Below are positions 10,809 to 20,979 of a stretch of DNA of 64,000 bases, piece by piece. Source of the stretch: a virus; the IMG/VR virus record IMGVR_UViG_3300027974_001900, positions 53,361 to 117,360 of that record. One strand, written 5' to 3'. The notes beneath the pieces are model-generated. The model ran no database searches. It was not told where the DNA came from and worked only from the letters and a program-made list of their open reading frames with translations. The translations under genes and the position numbers were made by a program. Positions within the stretch are counted from its first letter, which is position 1, and each line of letters opens with the position of its first letter.

Positions 10809-12256
10809 TCTTCTACTCTAAATTTAAAGGCGTATGGTTGTTCTTCAACTTGTCCGTTTTGTTGTAAATCAAAAGCAAATTTGAATCCATACATATATCC
10901 TTTTTCTAGAATAGACATATCAAAATCAAAGTAGTTTCCGCTTACATCAAAAGATAGGAGAGTATGCTGAGTACTTCCGGTTCCATAGGGGACAACTTCA
11001 AAATTGTCCTGTACTCTAAATAGACGGTAGTAAGCTTTTTCAATTATGGTTGGTTCTATTTCTGTCGAAGCAACTGTATAAATTGTTGGATTCCAATTCT
11101 TTTCTCTAACAAATAATCTTAGTCTTGGTTTATCATTTTGATAATATTTTTGTTGAGCGTTTGATACTTTTAACACATAATCTGTAATACCAGAGTCACT
11201 TGAAGCATTATAAGTTATCGGATAAATTGTGCCAGTATGAAATAAAGTTGTGCCAGTTTGGTTCTGCCATACATCATAAATGGTCGAAGCAGAACCCGTA
11301 TAAGCAAAGGAAGCAGAATAAACTCCAGTAGAAACCCACCCACCGGTTACTACAGAAGTATTCCCAGAACTTACACCACCGGCAATAGGCATGGCAGAAG
11401 CAGATCCGCCAAGAGTTTCGTAAATTTTTACGTAGACATTATTTGTTCCTATTGACGGAATATTAGTCGGTTTACCATTTCTATAATTGTATAGATAAAC
11501 TGTGTTTACATTTTCGGTAGACAAAAGTGAACTACTAATATAAAAATTACCACGATCATCTGCAATTTGCGAATTCCATCTTGCTTCTATGTGTGGACGC
11601 CACAATTGGAACTCGCTTCCTCTACCAAAGAATTTCTTTGTGTAATAAGAACGAGTATCTGATAGCAAGCTTGAAGTCAAAAATACTCCAAGACCGTAAG
11701 AGCCAGTTGAACCGGTAATCCATTTTTCAACCTGTGAGGTTACATCAACTTCTAAATTTTCTAATCCGGTTTCAAAATAATATGAACCAGTTGAAGCACC
11801 AGAACCTGTAATGAAATCTCCTCCTTGTTTTGTCCATCCAGAAGTAGAAGAAGCAGAAATCCAATTAGATATTCCAAGATCCTTATACTCATCCATATCC
11901 AGACCAAATCCCTCCGTCCAGGAGCGCGAGATTGGCGCTACAACGAGCGTAAATTCTGTCGGGGTAGTTGAGGAGTGTTCAGCATTGTAGAGCTTTACAA
12001 CGAAGTTTACAGAACCACTTGCAGGAATATATCCAGAAGATCTGTCTGAAATTATTGATGAAACGGGAAAATTTATTAAGATTCTTGATTCTTCAGTTGA
12101 ATAACCAGCCGCTCCACTTGTTTGCCCATAAATATTAAAAACTTCAAGGATGTCTGACGCGCCCATATTTGAGCCTGTGCCTCTTGTAGTAAGGGTGGCA
12201 TCAAAAGCATTTGTTATTGTATTGTCCGAATTTGCAATATATCTCTTTACGCTCAT
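10805..12256 (-). CDS. Virion structural protein (DNRLRE-like N-terminal domain)
   Basis: 'ESRILINF', 'PISRSWTEG' and 'WTKQGGDF' follow the DNRLRE/disaggregatase-like pattern; adjacent to the baseplate wedge gene. Confidence 0.5.
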   Translation of the reverse strand: MSVKRYIANSDNTITNAFDATLTTRGTGSNMGASDILEVFNIYGQTSGAAGYSTEESRILINFPVSSIISDRSSGYIPASGSVNFVVKLYNAEHSSTTPTEFTLVVAPISRSWTEGFGLDMDEYKDLGISNWISASSTSGWTKQGGDFITGSGASTGSYYFETGLENLEVDVTSQVEKWITGSTGSYGLGVFLTSSLLSDTRSYYTKKFFGRGSEFQLWRPHIEARWNSQIADDRGNFYISSSLLSTENVNTVYLYNYRNGKPTNIPSIGTNNVYVKIYETLGGSASAMPIAGGVSSGNTSVVTGGWVSTGVYSASFAYTGSASTIYDVWQNQTGTTLFHTGTIYPITYNASSDSGITDYVLKVSNAQQKYYQNDKPRLRLFVREKNWNPTIYTVASTEIEPTIIEKAYYRLFRVQDNFEVVPYGTGSTQHTLLSFDVSGNYFDFDMSILEKGYMYGFKFAFDLQQNGQVEEQPYAFKFRVEE

Positions 12257-14046
12257 TATACTGCTACTCCCTTAATGTCTGCATCTAAATCTTGTATTTC
12301 AAAAACATGAGTCTGTGGTATAGATAAATATCTTCCATCTTTTGATAAATTATCTACTACAGAATATTGAGTTGAGCTATATCCTGCTGATGATTTTTCT
12401 ACTATTTTTACGTTTTTTGTATCTACTACGTTTTTAACATTATTTAAAAGTTTATAAATATCGGTTAAATAAATTGGCTCTCCCATCTCAAATTTTTGTT
12501 TATATTTTTCTTTTAATACGCTCAAACATTCTGACAAAGTAGCATTTACATCTTTATTCAATTCAACTACAACTTCAAATTCAATCCCGATATTAACTAT
12601 TGATCCGTCTAGAATATCAATAACATCATTGATCATTTTATAATTTGAAATCCAATTTTTAACATTTTGTTTTAAAGCTGTGGTCGCAGTTGTAAGAGAA
12701 CTGTTTTCGTCTACGGAAACAACATAAATATTAATATCTCTTTTTATAGAATCAGGATCCTGAATAACGTTTACTCTTTTTACTGAACCGTATTTAGCTG
12801 GCATTCTATAAATTAAGTTTATATAATCCTGTTTGGTTACTGCTCTATTCTGTGTAGAATAAGCAGCAGCAGATCTCATTCTTAGTTCTTCTACTGTTGG
12901 AACATCGACATATCCAACTATTGCTTCTTCATTGTCACATTCAAAAGGAGATAACAAAGTTAACGCTTCTACCTTTGTATAAGTGCTTGATCTAAAATCA
13001 ACTATTGGATTTGTAACAATTTTAACAGATCCAATTGGAACATTTGCATTTGAACTTGGATTAACTCTATATTTAATTGTTAAAGTTGTATTTGCAGGTG
13101 ATATTCCTAGTTTTTCACTCTTTATTATTTGATTTGGATCAAATAATAAATCCGTATCATAGTTTTTGCCGTAAAAATTTAAAACAACTGATGTTGGATC
13201 AATAAAATTATTCTCAACAAAGTCAGCTTCAGAGCCGCCTCCAAACTGAATTGTGCAATTACCATCTATATCAAACTCTGTAGTAAATCTTCTAAAGGTT
13301 TGAAATTGTTTTAAAATATACGGAACATTATTAGAATCTGCTCCTGTATTTTTAACAGCTTTATAAATAACATCTTGAGTTAAATAATCTACTTCGTAAT
13401 ATTCGTTACCATCAGAATCTGTTATGGAAATAATTTCTGTAACATTTTCTTCACCTATATCTATTGTAGAAAATTTAACATAATCTCCCATTATAAAATC
13501 TTTTGTTTTTGTCTCTCCAGAAACAACTTTTCCGTATGATTTATAAACGTAATTTATAGGAGTTCCATTGGTATTAATTTCTCCAACGGTAATCTCAACG
13601 CCTTGTTTATTAAAATCTACATTTTCTGCAAGTATAAAAGAAGCGCCAGATTCAGATGATAAAGTTGTCCCTTCTTTTAAAATAGGTACGAGATCTAAGT
13701 TTGGTTGTCCGCCATTGCTTTGAGCAGGGACTGCAACATAAAAAGAACAAATGCCAGTTGAAGATGGGTAGCCTGGTAACTTATATCCAAGTTGTTTTGC
13801 TATTTTTAAAACATTATTTTGTTGCAAAGATGTTTCGATGAAAGATTCATTTACTTGATAATCTACATAATATGATAAAATATCTCCAACATATGCCACC
13901 AAATCAATCATCAAAGCGCCAAAAGAAGAATCATTAAAATCTTTATATGTATCTGGATAATAAACCTTAACATAATTTAATAAATCTTTCTTAATAGACT
14001 CGAAGTCTCTGCTTGTATATGAAATAGGCGGTCTCGTCTTTGGCAT
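12256..14046 (-). CDS. Baseplate wedge subunit (T4 gp6 / baseplate J-like)
   Basis: 'YTSRDFESIKKDL...DFNDSSFG', 'AKQLGYK' and 'QNRAVTKQDY' are hallmark gp6/J motifs. Confidence 0.9.
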   Translation of the reverse strand: MPKTRPPISYTSRDFESIKKDLLNYVKVYYPDTYKDFNDSSFGALMIDLVAYVGDILSYYVDYQVNESFIETSLQQNNVLKIAKQLGYKLPGYPSSTGICSFYVAVPAQSNGGQPNLDLVPILKEGTTLSSESGASFILAENVDFNKQGVEITVGEINTNGTPINYVYKSYGKVVSGETKTKDFIMGDYVKFSTIDIGEENVTEIISITDSDGNEYYEVDYLTQDVIYKAVKNTGADSNNVPYILKQFQTFRRFTTEFDIDGNCTIQFGGGSEADFVENNFIDPTSVVLNFYGKNYDTDLLFDPNQIIKSEKLGISPANTTLTIKYRVNPSSNANVPIGSVKIVTNPIVDFRSSTYTKVEALTLLSPFECDNEEAIVGYVDVPTVEELRMRSAAAYSTQNRAVTKQDYINLIYRMPAKYGSVKRVNVIQDPDSIKRDINIYVVSVDENSSLTTATTALKQNVKNWISNYKMINDVIDILDGSIVNIGIEFEVVVELNKDVNATLSECLSVLKEKYKQKFEMGEPIYLTDIYKLLNNVKNVVDTKNVKIVEKSSAGYSSTQYSVVDNLSKDGRYLSIPQTHVFEIQDLDADIKGVAV

Positions 14047-14049
14047 TTA

Positions 14050-14424
14050 TTATACTCCCAAAACTAATGTGTCTCTTGTATTTAGTGCTGGAACTGAAAA
14101 TTGTATCTGCACTATCATGTTGTTTAAATTATTTGGATCTTCAAGAACCTCTACAAAATCTATGTTAATAAACGGCATGTATCGCCTTACTTGAGTAACA
14201 ACTTCAGATTGAATTTGCATTTTAGTTGTTTGATTAAAATTTTCAAACAAAAATTTATTTAATCCAACGCCAAACTCTGGGATCATTATTCTTTCTCCCT
14301 TATCTGTTAACACAAGGGTTTTTAAATTTTGTTTAACAACGTCAATCATACTTTTGTTCAAAGCATAAGGCCCATCTTCTTTATTGTATAATAGTGGCAG
14401 TGCCACAGAATAACCTTTAAACAC
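14050..14424 (-). CDS. Baseplate wedge subunit gp25/GPW-like
   Basis: 'KQNLKTLVLTDKGERIMIPEFGVGL..FLFE' is the gp25 family signature. Confidence 0.9.
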   Translation of the reverse strand: MFKGYSVALPLLYNKEDGPYALNKSMIDVVKQNLKTLVLTDKGERIMIPEFGVGLNKFLFENFNQTTKMQIQSEVVTQVRRYMPFINIDFVEVLEDPNNLNNMIVQIQFSVPALNTRDTLVLGV

Positions 14425-16282
14425 GATCTGTTGCCTCCCTTGCTAATGATTCTACAGTATTTATGTAATATTCCAAAAAATCATTATAATTTTTATAAGA
14501 TCTTAGATCTTTTGCTGTATCTAAAATTTGTTCATTAAAAGTACCAAAATCTAGTTTTTCAATAACTGATTGAGCTAAAATATCAGACGGGAACAAAGAA
14601 TCAATAAGAAATTTAAATTCTTGTTTTTCAACAATTGACATAAATTTGTTATAAAAATTATTTTGTATATACTGAGAATTTGCTATATTAACGGCTTGCA
14701 TACCATATGGATTCATCGGCATATCATCTGGAATAAATTGTTTTATTAAAACTCCGTTAACATTTATTTTCTTTTCGTTACTATCAGATAATTTTATATT
14801 AATTATTTCTTTTCTATTTAATATTAAATAATTAGTAATATTTGGTTGTACTTTGGAAAAAGTATCTTGAATTTCTTTTACATATAAGAGATATTTTCCC
14901 TCTTTATTAAGAAAATTTTCTAAATTGTTTTTAAAAACATTATCCATATTTTCTATTTGAAATATTTTTTGTTTTGATATGTTACTTTCTGCATACTGTT
15001 TAATATCAATTTTATTTGAATATACTCCAAAATACAAATCAAATAATTCATTTATATTAAATCCAGAATTAGAAAATTTATAAAAAATCGTCCTATTAAA
15101 TGGTTCTTGTTTTTTTCTACCTAATAATTCAATTACATCATTAATTGACATTTTGGATTTTCTTTCTTTTTCACTAAAAACAGACAAATAAAGCTTTTTG
15201 TTATTATCTAAATTTTGTAAAAATTCATTAATTTTTTTTACATCTTCATCTTTAATAGTTTTATTAGGTATTATGGCTAAAAATCCACTATTATTACCGC
15301 TTTGTTTTAAAAAATCTTTAAGTTCTAAAATTTCTTTTTTGTTTAAAATTTTAGCTCCAGATAAATCTATGGAATTATAAGAATTATTAAACGTATAAAC
15401 ACCATTTTTTTCAAATTTTATTTTTTCTAAAATTTGAGGATTTCTTATAAATAAAAATTGCTCTATATTTCTGTAGGTATCGTCTATTTTCCAATCAAAA
15501 AATTGCTGTACTGCCAAAAATTCTTTATCGTCTTTATTATTTAATAAATCTCTTATAGAAAAAATTATTATGTCTTTTTTTGAAGAATTTCCACAATCTA
15601 ATTGAATATCTAATTTTTCTTTTATTTTATAATAAAATTCTCCAGAAATACCATTAAAATTTCCTAATCCTTCATGAACTTTTTGATATAATTTTTGAAT
15701 TTCTTTTTCATTTATAATTGGATAAAATAAATTACTTTTTATATATGGTATTAAAACCGAATCATTTTCGGGATCAAATGTTGGTATAGATGAACCAATT
15801 TTAAACAAATCTTCTATAGAAGATTTAAAATTTTGTTTTTCTCCTTTTTGTCCTTCTTTGCTATCTTTTAAAGCATCTATATCTATATCAAATTTTTCTT
15901 TAACCTGGAATATGAAGTTAAAGAAAACATCAAAAAATATATCTTTTAATTCTCTTTCTCCAATTTCCTGTATTTCTACGTCTGATAAATTATTAAAGTT
16001 TGTCTTCATATCTTTATTTAAAACTGTTGCTAATAGCATATATTTTCTTGTTTTTATGGACAAATTATTATAAAAAGAATCAAATAAAATTTTATTATTA
16101 TTTATAAAATTTTCAAATTGTTCTTTTGAATTTATTTGTAAAGAATCTTTAGAAAAATTTGTTAAAATTGGTTTAACAAAAAAATTAGGAGAAGTAATAA
16201 ATAAATTAAATAAATAAGAATAAATTATTTGCTTTATCAGAGCAATTTGAATTTTTATATTTATAAATTTGTATCCTAACAT
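14417..16282 (-). CDS. Hypothetical protein
   Basis: 621 aa K/N/I/F-rich ORF overlapping the gp25 start. Confidence 0.55.
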   Translation of the reverse strand: MLGYKFINIKIQIALIKQIIYSYLFNLFITSPNFFVKPILTNFSKDSLQINSKEQFENFINNNKILFDSFYNNLSIKTRKYMLLATVLNKDMKTNFNNLSDVEIQEIGERELKDIFFDVFFNFIFQVKEKFDIDIDALKDSKEGQKGEKQNFKSSIEDLFKIGSSIPTFDPENDSVLIPYIKSNLFYPIINEKEIQKLYQKVHEGLGNFNGISGEFYYKIKEKLDIQLDCGNSSKKDIIIFSIRDLLNNKDDKEFLAVQQFFDWKIDDTYRNIEQFLFIRNPQILEKIKFEKNGVYTFNNSYNSIDLSGAKILNKKEILELKDFLKQSGNNSGFLAIIPNKTIKDEDVKKINEFLQNLDNNKKLYLSVFSEKERKSKMSINDVIELLGRKKQEPFNRTIFYKFSNSGFNINELFDLYFGVYSNKIDIKQYAESNISKQKIFQIENMDNVFKNNLENFLNKEGKYLLYVKEIQDTFSKVQPNITNYLILNRKEIINIKLSDSNEKKINVNGVLIKQFIPDDMPMNPYGMQAVNIANSQYIQNNFYNKFMSIVEKQEFKFLIDSLFPSDILAQSVIEKLDFGTFNEQILDTAKDLRSYKNYNDFLEYYINTVESLAREATDRV

Positions 16283-16283
16283 T

Positions 16284-19200
16284 TTATTCCTTTATTTTGC
16301 TAATATAAGACATGAATAATTCTATATCATCTTGCATATCAATATTTGTTGCATTCTGCACCTCTTGTTCCATTTCGAGTTTTAATTTTTCTAAATAATC
16401 AATACTATATGCTATTTCATTATAATTTTTTATAAATAAATTTTTTGAAGCTAATTTTTCAAATAGTCTTCCTACCATATACAATGGATCAACGTATAAT
16501 TCATAATTAATTTTTTCTTTTATTGTATCATTATCAATTATAATATTTTTTGTATTAAAATAATTAACTATTTTGCTTTTTCTTAAATTAAAATCTTCTA
16601 AATATTTGTTATCAACATTAACAAGATTTGTTGCTGATTCTAATAATTCTTCTTTTGTTATAGCATTCTGATAAATTATTTCTGGTGTATATCCTGTGTT
16701 ATATTTAGATTTTACTAATTTTACAGATTGTAGATATTTAGCATAAATTTCTTCTGGTGGTTTTGTAGAAAATTTTAAAATCTTTTTTTGATCGTCCGTT
16801 AAAGATTTTTCATAGTCATAAATGTTTTGTTGGAAGTCTATTATGCTTTGAAAAGGCATTACCATATACTGTGTTAAACTACTTGCTAATAATCTTGGAC
16901 CATCTTTAAATAAATCAATATTAATTAAAAGTTTATTTGAACACAGTTTATCAAATTGTTTTTCCAAATCAAGTATTTGATCTCTTATAACATTTTTATA
17001 ATCATCTCCAACAGTTTCTTTAAGTAATAATTCATAATCTTTTCTTCTAGATTGTTGCGGAGTACAAATGTTTCCTACATACTTTTCTAACGACTTTGAA
17101 AGAATATCATAACAAATTCTGTAATCACAATAATTGGATAAGAAAATAAAAAGTTTTATTATATCGTCATCTTGCGCAAATAAATTTTTAAAAGGAGCAT
17201 CAACTAAACTTATTGTATCTATTAAGCCTATTCTTGTTGATTCTGTAGAAACATTTCTTAGTAAAGAAGCTAATTCGTATAAATCTATTGAAGAACTTAT
17301 ATCTGATAAAAATTTAGAAATTTCATCGAATGAATTTTGAGACTTTTCTAAAGAATATTCGTCTGCAAATTTAGAATAAACTAAATCTCTTGTTGCAATC
17401 TCAGATAGATCAATTAATACATTTATGTCTATAGCTAATTGAACATCATATAAGCTACTTCCAGATTCAGCCGGTGCCCCAAAAGAATCTGATGCGATTG
17501 ATGGAGAAAAAAAGTTATCTTCACTGTTTTCTAGATTAAAGAAAGGAGGTTTAAATAATTCAAAATCTAAAGAACAGAGTTTTTCTAAATACGGTCTAAC
17601 AAAATCAAAAAACATCTTTAGAATAAAATCTGCTGCAATCTTTAATAAAAATAAAGCTATTTTCTCAATTAATGTTAACCAAAAATCTAAAGTATCAAGG
17701 GTTGGAAAGCTTTCAATAATACCTTGAATTAAACCTTCGGGATTTAAACTCCTTGCGTATAAATCTTTAAGGTATTCAATTGTAGAAAATAAATCATCAG
17801 GTATTGTAGGAAATTTACTCGGCAAAGGCTTACAGGGATCTCTGTACTCATTAAGAACGCCTAACCAGCTTAATAATTTTTGAAGAAGTTCTGAAATAAA
17901 TTCTGAGAGGGGGAATTTATTTAAAAAAACCATAATTGTTTCTACAAGATCCCATCCATCATCAATATTTCTAAAATCATTAATAACATTTACTATGTCG
18001 GCATAACATGGAAGACTGCTAACAAATGTAGAATTAGCTTCTTTAACAAGATCGTTTACAGAAAATTCATTACCTTTTATAAATTCAAATGTCTTTTGTA
18101 TTTCTGTAGATACAAGCAAAATTTCTTGTGGTACATCAAGATCTGGTAATTTAAGAATATCTCCAATTTTAAATTCATCTGTAGTAGATTTAGCTGCTGC
18201 AATAGTTAATACTGGGTAGTGAAATGATTCTCCAAATTTTTTGAGGTCTCCTTCGTTTCCAAATAAACTTAAACCAGATTCTGTATTTATTAAATAAAAT
18301 GCCATAGTCTGTAAAGCAATAGATTGATATTTATTTTCTCTATAATTTGTTGTTAAATTTGCTATTCTAATAGACTTATCTATTAATCTCTCGTTTATAA
18401 ATAAGTCTTCTTTATTGTAGTTAAAATTTGCATTTGGTAAAGTTAAATTTATTTTAGTTATTAAATTTACATATTTTTTTTCTACTTCCGTGGAGGTTAA
18501 ATCTTTAGTTACTAAATAACCACCATCAACTCTATCAAAACTATCATAAAGCATCCTTTCAAGAGTTCTTGTTGCAACACAAATTCTTCTTCCAGAATAG
18601 TCAATTAAATCTGCAGTTAAGTTCTGATACTTTCCAAAAAATTCTTCAGAAACATATTTTTGATCTGTCTCTCCGAATCCAAAATTATCAAAAGTTTCAA
18701 TTTTAAAAGGTGAATATTGTTTTGTAGAATTTTGTTTTTTCTTTTCATTTGGTATCGTTGTTACACCAAGTAAATTCAAAAAAGAATCAAAATGAAAAGT
18801 AACTTTAAAATCACTAGAATCAAAAGGAGTTAAATAAATATTTTGTCTTCTTGCCTCTTTGTATGTACTAATCAGTAAATTTACATACTCATTAAAAGCA
18901 GAAGTAATGTTTCCTCTATTTATTTTTACAACTTGGCTAATTGATTTTAAAATCTCAAATTTATCTTGAACATTAATTCTATTATAAACTTCTTCTACAT
19001 GCTTGTTTCTAGCAAAATAATAATACTCAACTTCAGAGAAAGAATCTTCATTAAAATAATCTTGCATTAAACTCATTAAAGCTTCTGATTTATTCTTTAA
19101 TTCGTCGATGTTATTTACTTCTAGAGAATACTTTGTAAAAAATCCCAAGGCTACTTCAAGAATAGATTGAGTATCAAAATTTCTAGAAATAGTTTTTGAT

Positions 19201-20117
19201 AATATTATTTTTGACAAGTCATAAACAACACAAATAGCATTATAAAATGTTTTCTCGTCTTTTCTACTCTTTAAAATTGGAAAAGATTTAAAATTATCTT
19301 CATAAACACCAGGATTACCTATTATATTGGCGAAGCATTCATTTCCAATTTTTTTACCAAAAATATTTGAGATAAAATCGTTTGATTGTTTTAAAATTTG
19401 TTCTTTTTTATCTTCGTTTAATCTTTTTGTTAAAACACATACAACAGGAAAAGATTTGTTGTCTGGTCCGCCTTCTACATCAATAAAGTATTCAAAATTA
19501 CCTGATCCTAACTTTATTGCTTTATCGACCCATCCTGCCGCAGTTCCTTCAAAAAAATTAAAAGAAGTGCTTTTTAAATTATCATATAAAGTATGTTTTA
19601 TAACACTTTCATATAAAATAGTATTTAAAGTTCTTGAAATATAATTTATATAATCTTCTGTTTTTGCTATATCAAAGTAATCTGATAGTTTTTGTGGTAA
19701 AAAATCAAGACTTTTATCTACTGCATATTTTTTAACCTGATCAATTGTCAAAGAAGAATTTATAGTATTTTTAATTTTATTCGTTTGAATATCACTTACA
19801 TAACCAGCCACTTCTGGAACAAACAAAAATTCATCATTTGTATAATTTATTGCTCTTGAGACGTTTTCAAATAAAAATGGTTTACTTTTTAAACAATATA
19901 AAAATAAATAATATCTTTTTAAAGAGATAGTAAAATCATCTATGTTACTTTTTGATTTAGAAAATTCTGTCTTTTCGTTAAGATTACCAGTAATATCAAT
20001 TGGGAAAAGATTATTAAATGTTCCATCAAATAATCCTGGTAACCATTCTTCAACATTATCAATGCTGGAGAATTCTTTTATTAAATTTATTCCTGGTAGA
20101 TTATAAGAAATTGCCAT
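16284..20117 (-). CDS. Large hypothetical protein with internal hydrophobic helices
   Basis: 1277 aa; hydrophobic stretch 'FWLTLIEKIALFLLKIAADFILKMFFDF'; lies between the spike-like and gp25 genes. Confidence 0.55.
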   Translation of the reverse strand: MAISYNLPGINLIKEFSSIDNVEEWLPGLFDGTFNNLFPIDITGNLNEKTEFSKSKSNIDDFTISLKRYYLFLYCLKSKPFLFENVSRAINYTNDEFLFVPEVAGYVSDIQTNKIKNTINSSLTIDQVKKYAVDKSLDFLPQKLSDYFDIAKTEDYINYISRTLNTILYESVIKHTLYDNLKSTSFNFFEGTAAGWVDKAIKLGSGNFEYFIDVEGGPDNKSFPVVCVLTKRLNEDKKEQILKQSNDFISNIFGKKIGNECFANIIGNPGVYEDNFKSFPILKSRKDEKTFYNAICVVYDLSKIILSKTISRNFDTQSILEVALGFFTKYSLEVNNIDELKNKSEALMSLMQDYFNEDSFSEVEYYYFARNKHVEEVYNRINVQDKFEILKSISQVVKINRGNITSAFNEYVNLLISTYKEARRQNIYLTPFDSSDFKVTFHFDSFLNLLGVTTIPNEKKKQNSTKQYSPFKIETFDNFGFGETDQKYVSEEFFGKYQNLTADLIDYSGRRICVATRTLERMLYDSFDRVDGGYLVTKDLTSTEVEKKYVNLITKINLTLPNANFNYNKEDLFINERLIDKSIRIANLTTNYRENKYQSIALQTMAFYLINTESGLSLFGNEGDLKKFGESFHYPVLTIAAAKSTTDEFKIGDILKLPDLDVPQEILLVSTEIQKTFEFIKGNEFSVNDLVKEANSTFVSSLPCYADIVNVINDFRNIDDGWDLVETIMVFLNKFPLSEFISELLQKLLSWLGVLNEYRDPCKPLPSKFPTIPDDLFSTIEYLKDLYARSLNPEGLIQGIIESFPTLDTLDFWLTLIEKIALFLLKIAADFILKMFFDFVRPYLEKLCSLDFELFKPPFFNLENSEDNFFSPSIASDSFGAPAESGSSLYDVQLAIDINVLIDLSEIATRDLVYSKFADEYSLEKSQNSFDEISKFLSDISSSIDLYELASLLRNVSTESTRIGLIDTISLVDAPFKNLFAQDDDIIKLFIFLSNYCDYRICYDILSKSLEKYVGNICTPQQSRRKDYELLLKETVGDDYKNVIRDQILDLEKQFDKLCSNKLLINIDLFKDGPRLLASSLTQYMVMPFQSIIDFQQNIYDYEKSLTDDQKKILKFSTKPPEEIYAKYLQSVKLVKSKYNTGYTPEIIYQNAITKEELLESATNLVNVDNKYLEDFNLRKSKIVNYFNTKNIIIDNDTIKEKINYELYVDPLYMVGRLFEKLASKNLFIKNYNEIAYSIDYLEKLKLEMEQEVQNATNIDMQDDIELFMSYISKIKE

Positions 20118-20118
20118 T

Positions 20119-20979
20119 TTAGTTTACCGTATTGTATGTGCTCAAAACATTTACCTTTGTTATTGGTAAAGTGCGGTTTATTCTTTCTAATTGATGATTA
20201 ATCATATCTGTATAAGAATTTAATGTTCTTCTTAGGTCATTAGTTAACAAAGTAGGAGCAAACTGTGCGACAAGAGTTGGCGATGGGGGTGCTAATGGAG
20301 GATGAAAATGAACCATAAGCCCTACTTTCATTTGCATTATTTCTAAGTTTATATCAGAAATATTACTAGATAGAGATTGTAGTGTTTTATAAATTTCTTT
20401 TAATGCTTTATTTAAATTATCTCCCAAGACCATTGGTTGTGATTTTGTTGCGTACTCAGAATCTCTATCTCCAGCATAAATATGAACACCAGCTGGGGTG
20501 CTTGTCTTGAAACTGTTTGAATTTTTACTTGGAGCGCCTGAATTTATTATTACCATCTCGTTTCCACTAAACTCTATAACGTCTGCTTTGCCCTTGATAG
20601 CCGATCTTTGATCTAGTTTTGTTCCTGGTACGCCTTTAACAAGATTTTTTGTAGAAATATTTGTTAATGAAGTTACGTGAAATTGAGCAGCAATTGAAGG
20701 CTGATTATCGTCTTGAATATCAAAATATCCAATTTTAGTTCCATCTGAGGACTGAAAAGGCTCTTTACCGTTTCCAATATAAACAGAAAATTTTGGAGCA
20801 TTTGCTTTTATATTTGGATCTGATGCATATTTTGTATCATTTAAAGTCATTAATGCAAACTTGTTTTCGTGTTCTGCTTTAAACTCGTAAGGTTGTAAAA
20901 TAATTTTTGGAACAACGCTTACTGGTGGCGATGTTACTGAAGTATTGTTTTTAAATACAGAATCTGGTATTTTTGGCAT
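20119..20979 (-). CDS. Putative baseplate central spike protein
   Basis: 'QPMVLGDNL' followed by a C-terminal 'HFHPP' (HxH metal-binding tip motif of gpV/gp5-like spikes). Confidence 0.55.
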   Translation of the reverse strand: MPKIPDSVFKNNTSVTSPPVSVVPKIILQPYEFKAEHENKFALMTLNDTKYASDPNIKANAPKFSVYIGNGKEPFQSSDGTKIGYFDIQDDNQPSIAAQFHVTSLTNISTKNLVKGVPGTKLDQRSAIKGKADVIEFSGNEMVIINSGAPSKNSNSFKTSTPAGVHIYAGDRDSEYATKSQPMVLGDNLNKALKEIYKTLQSLSSNISDINLEIMQMKVGLMVHFHPPLAPPSPTLVAQFAPTLLTNDLRRTLNSYTDMINHQLERINRTLPITKVNVLSTYNTVN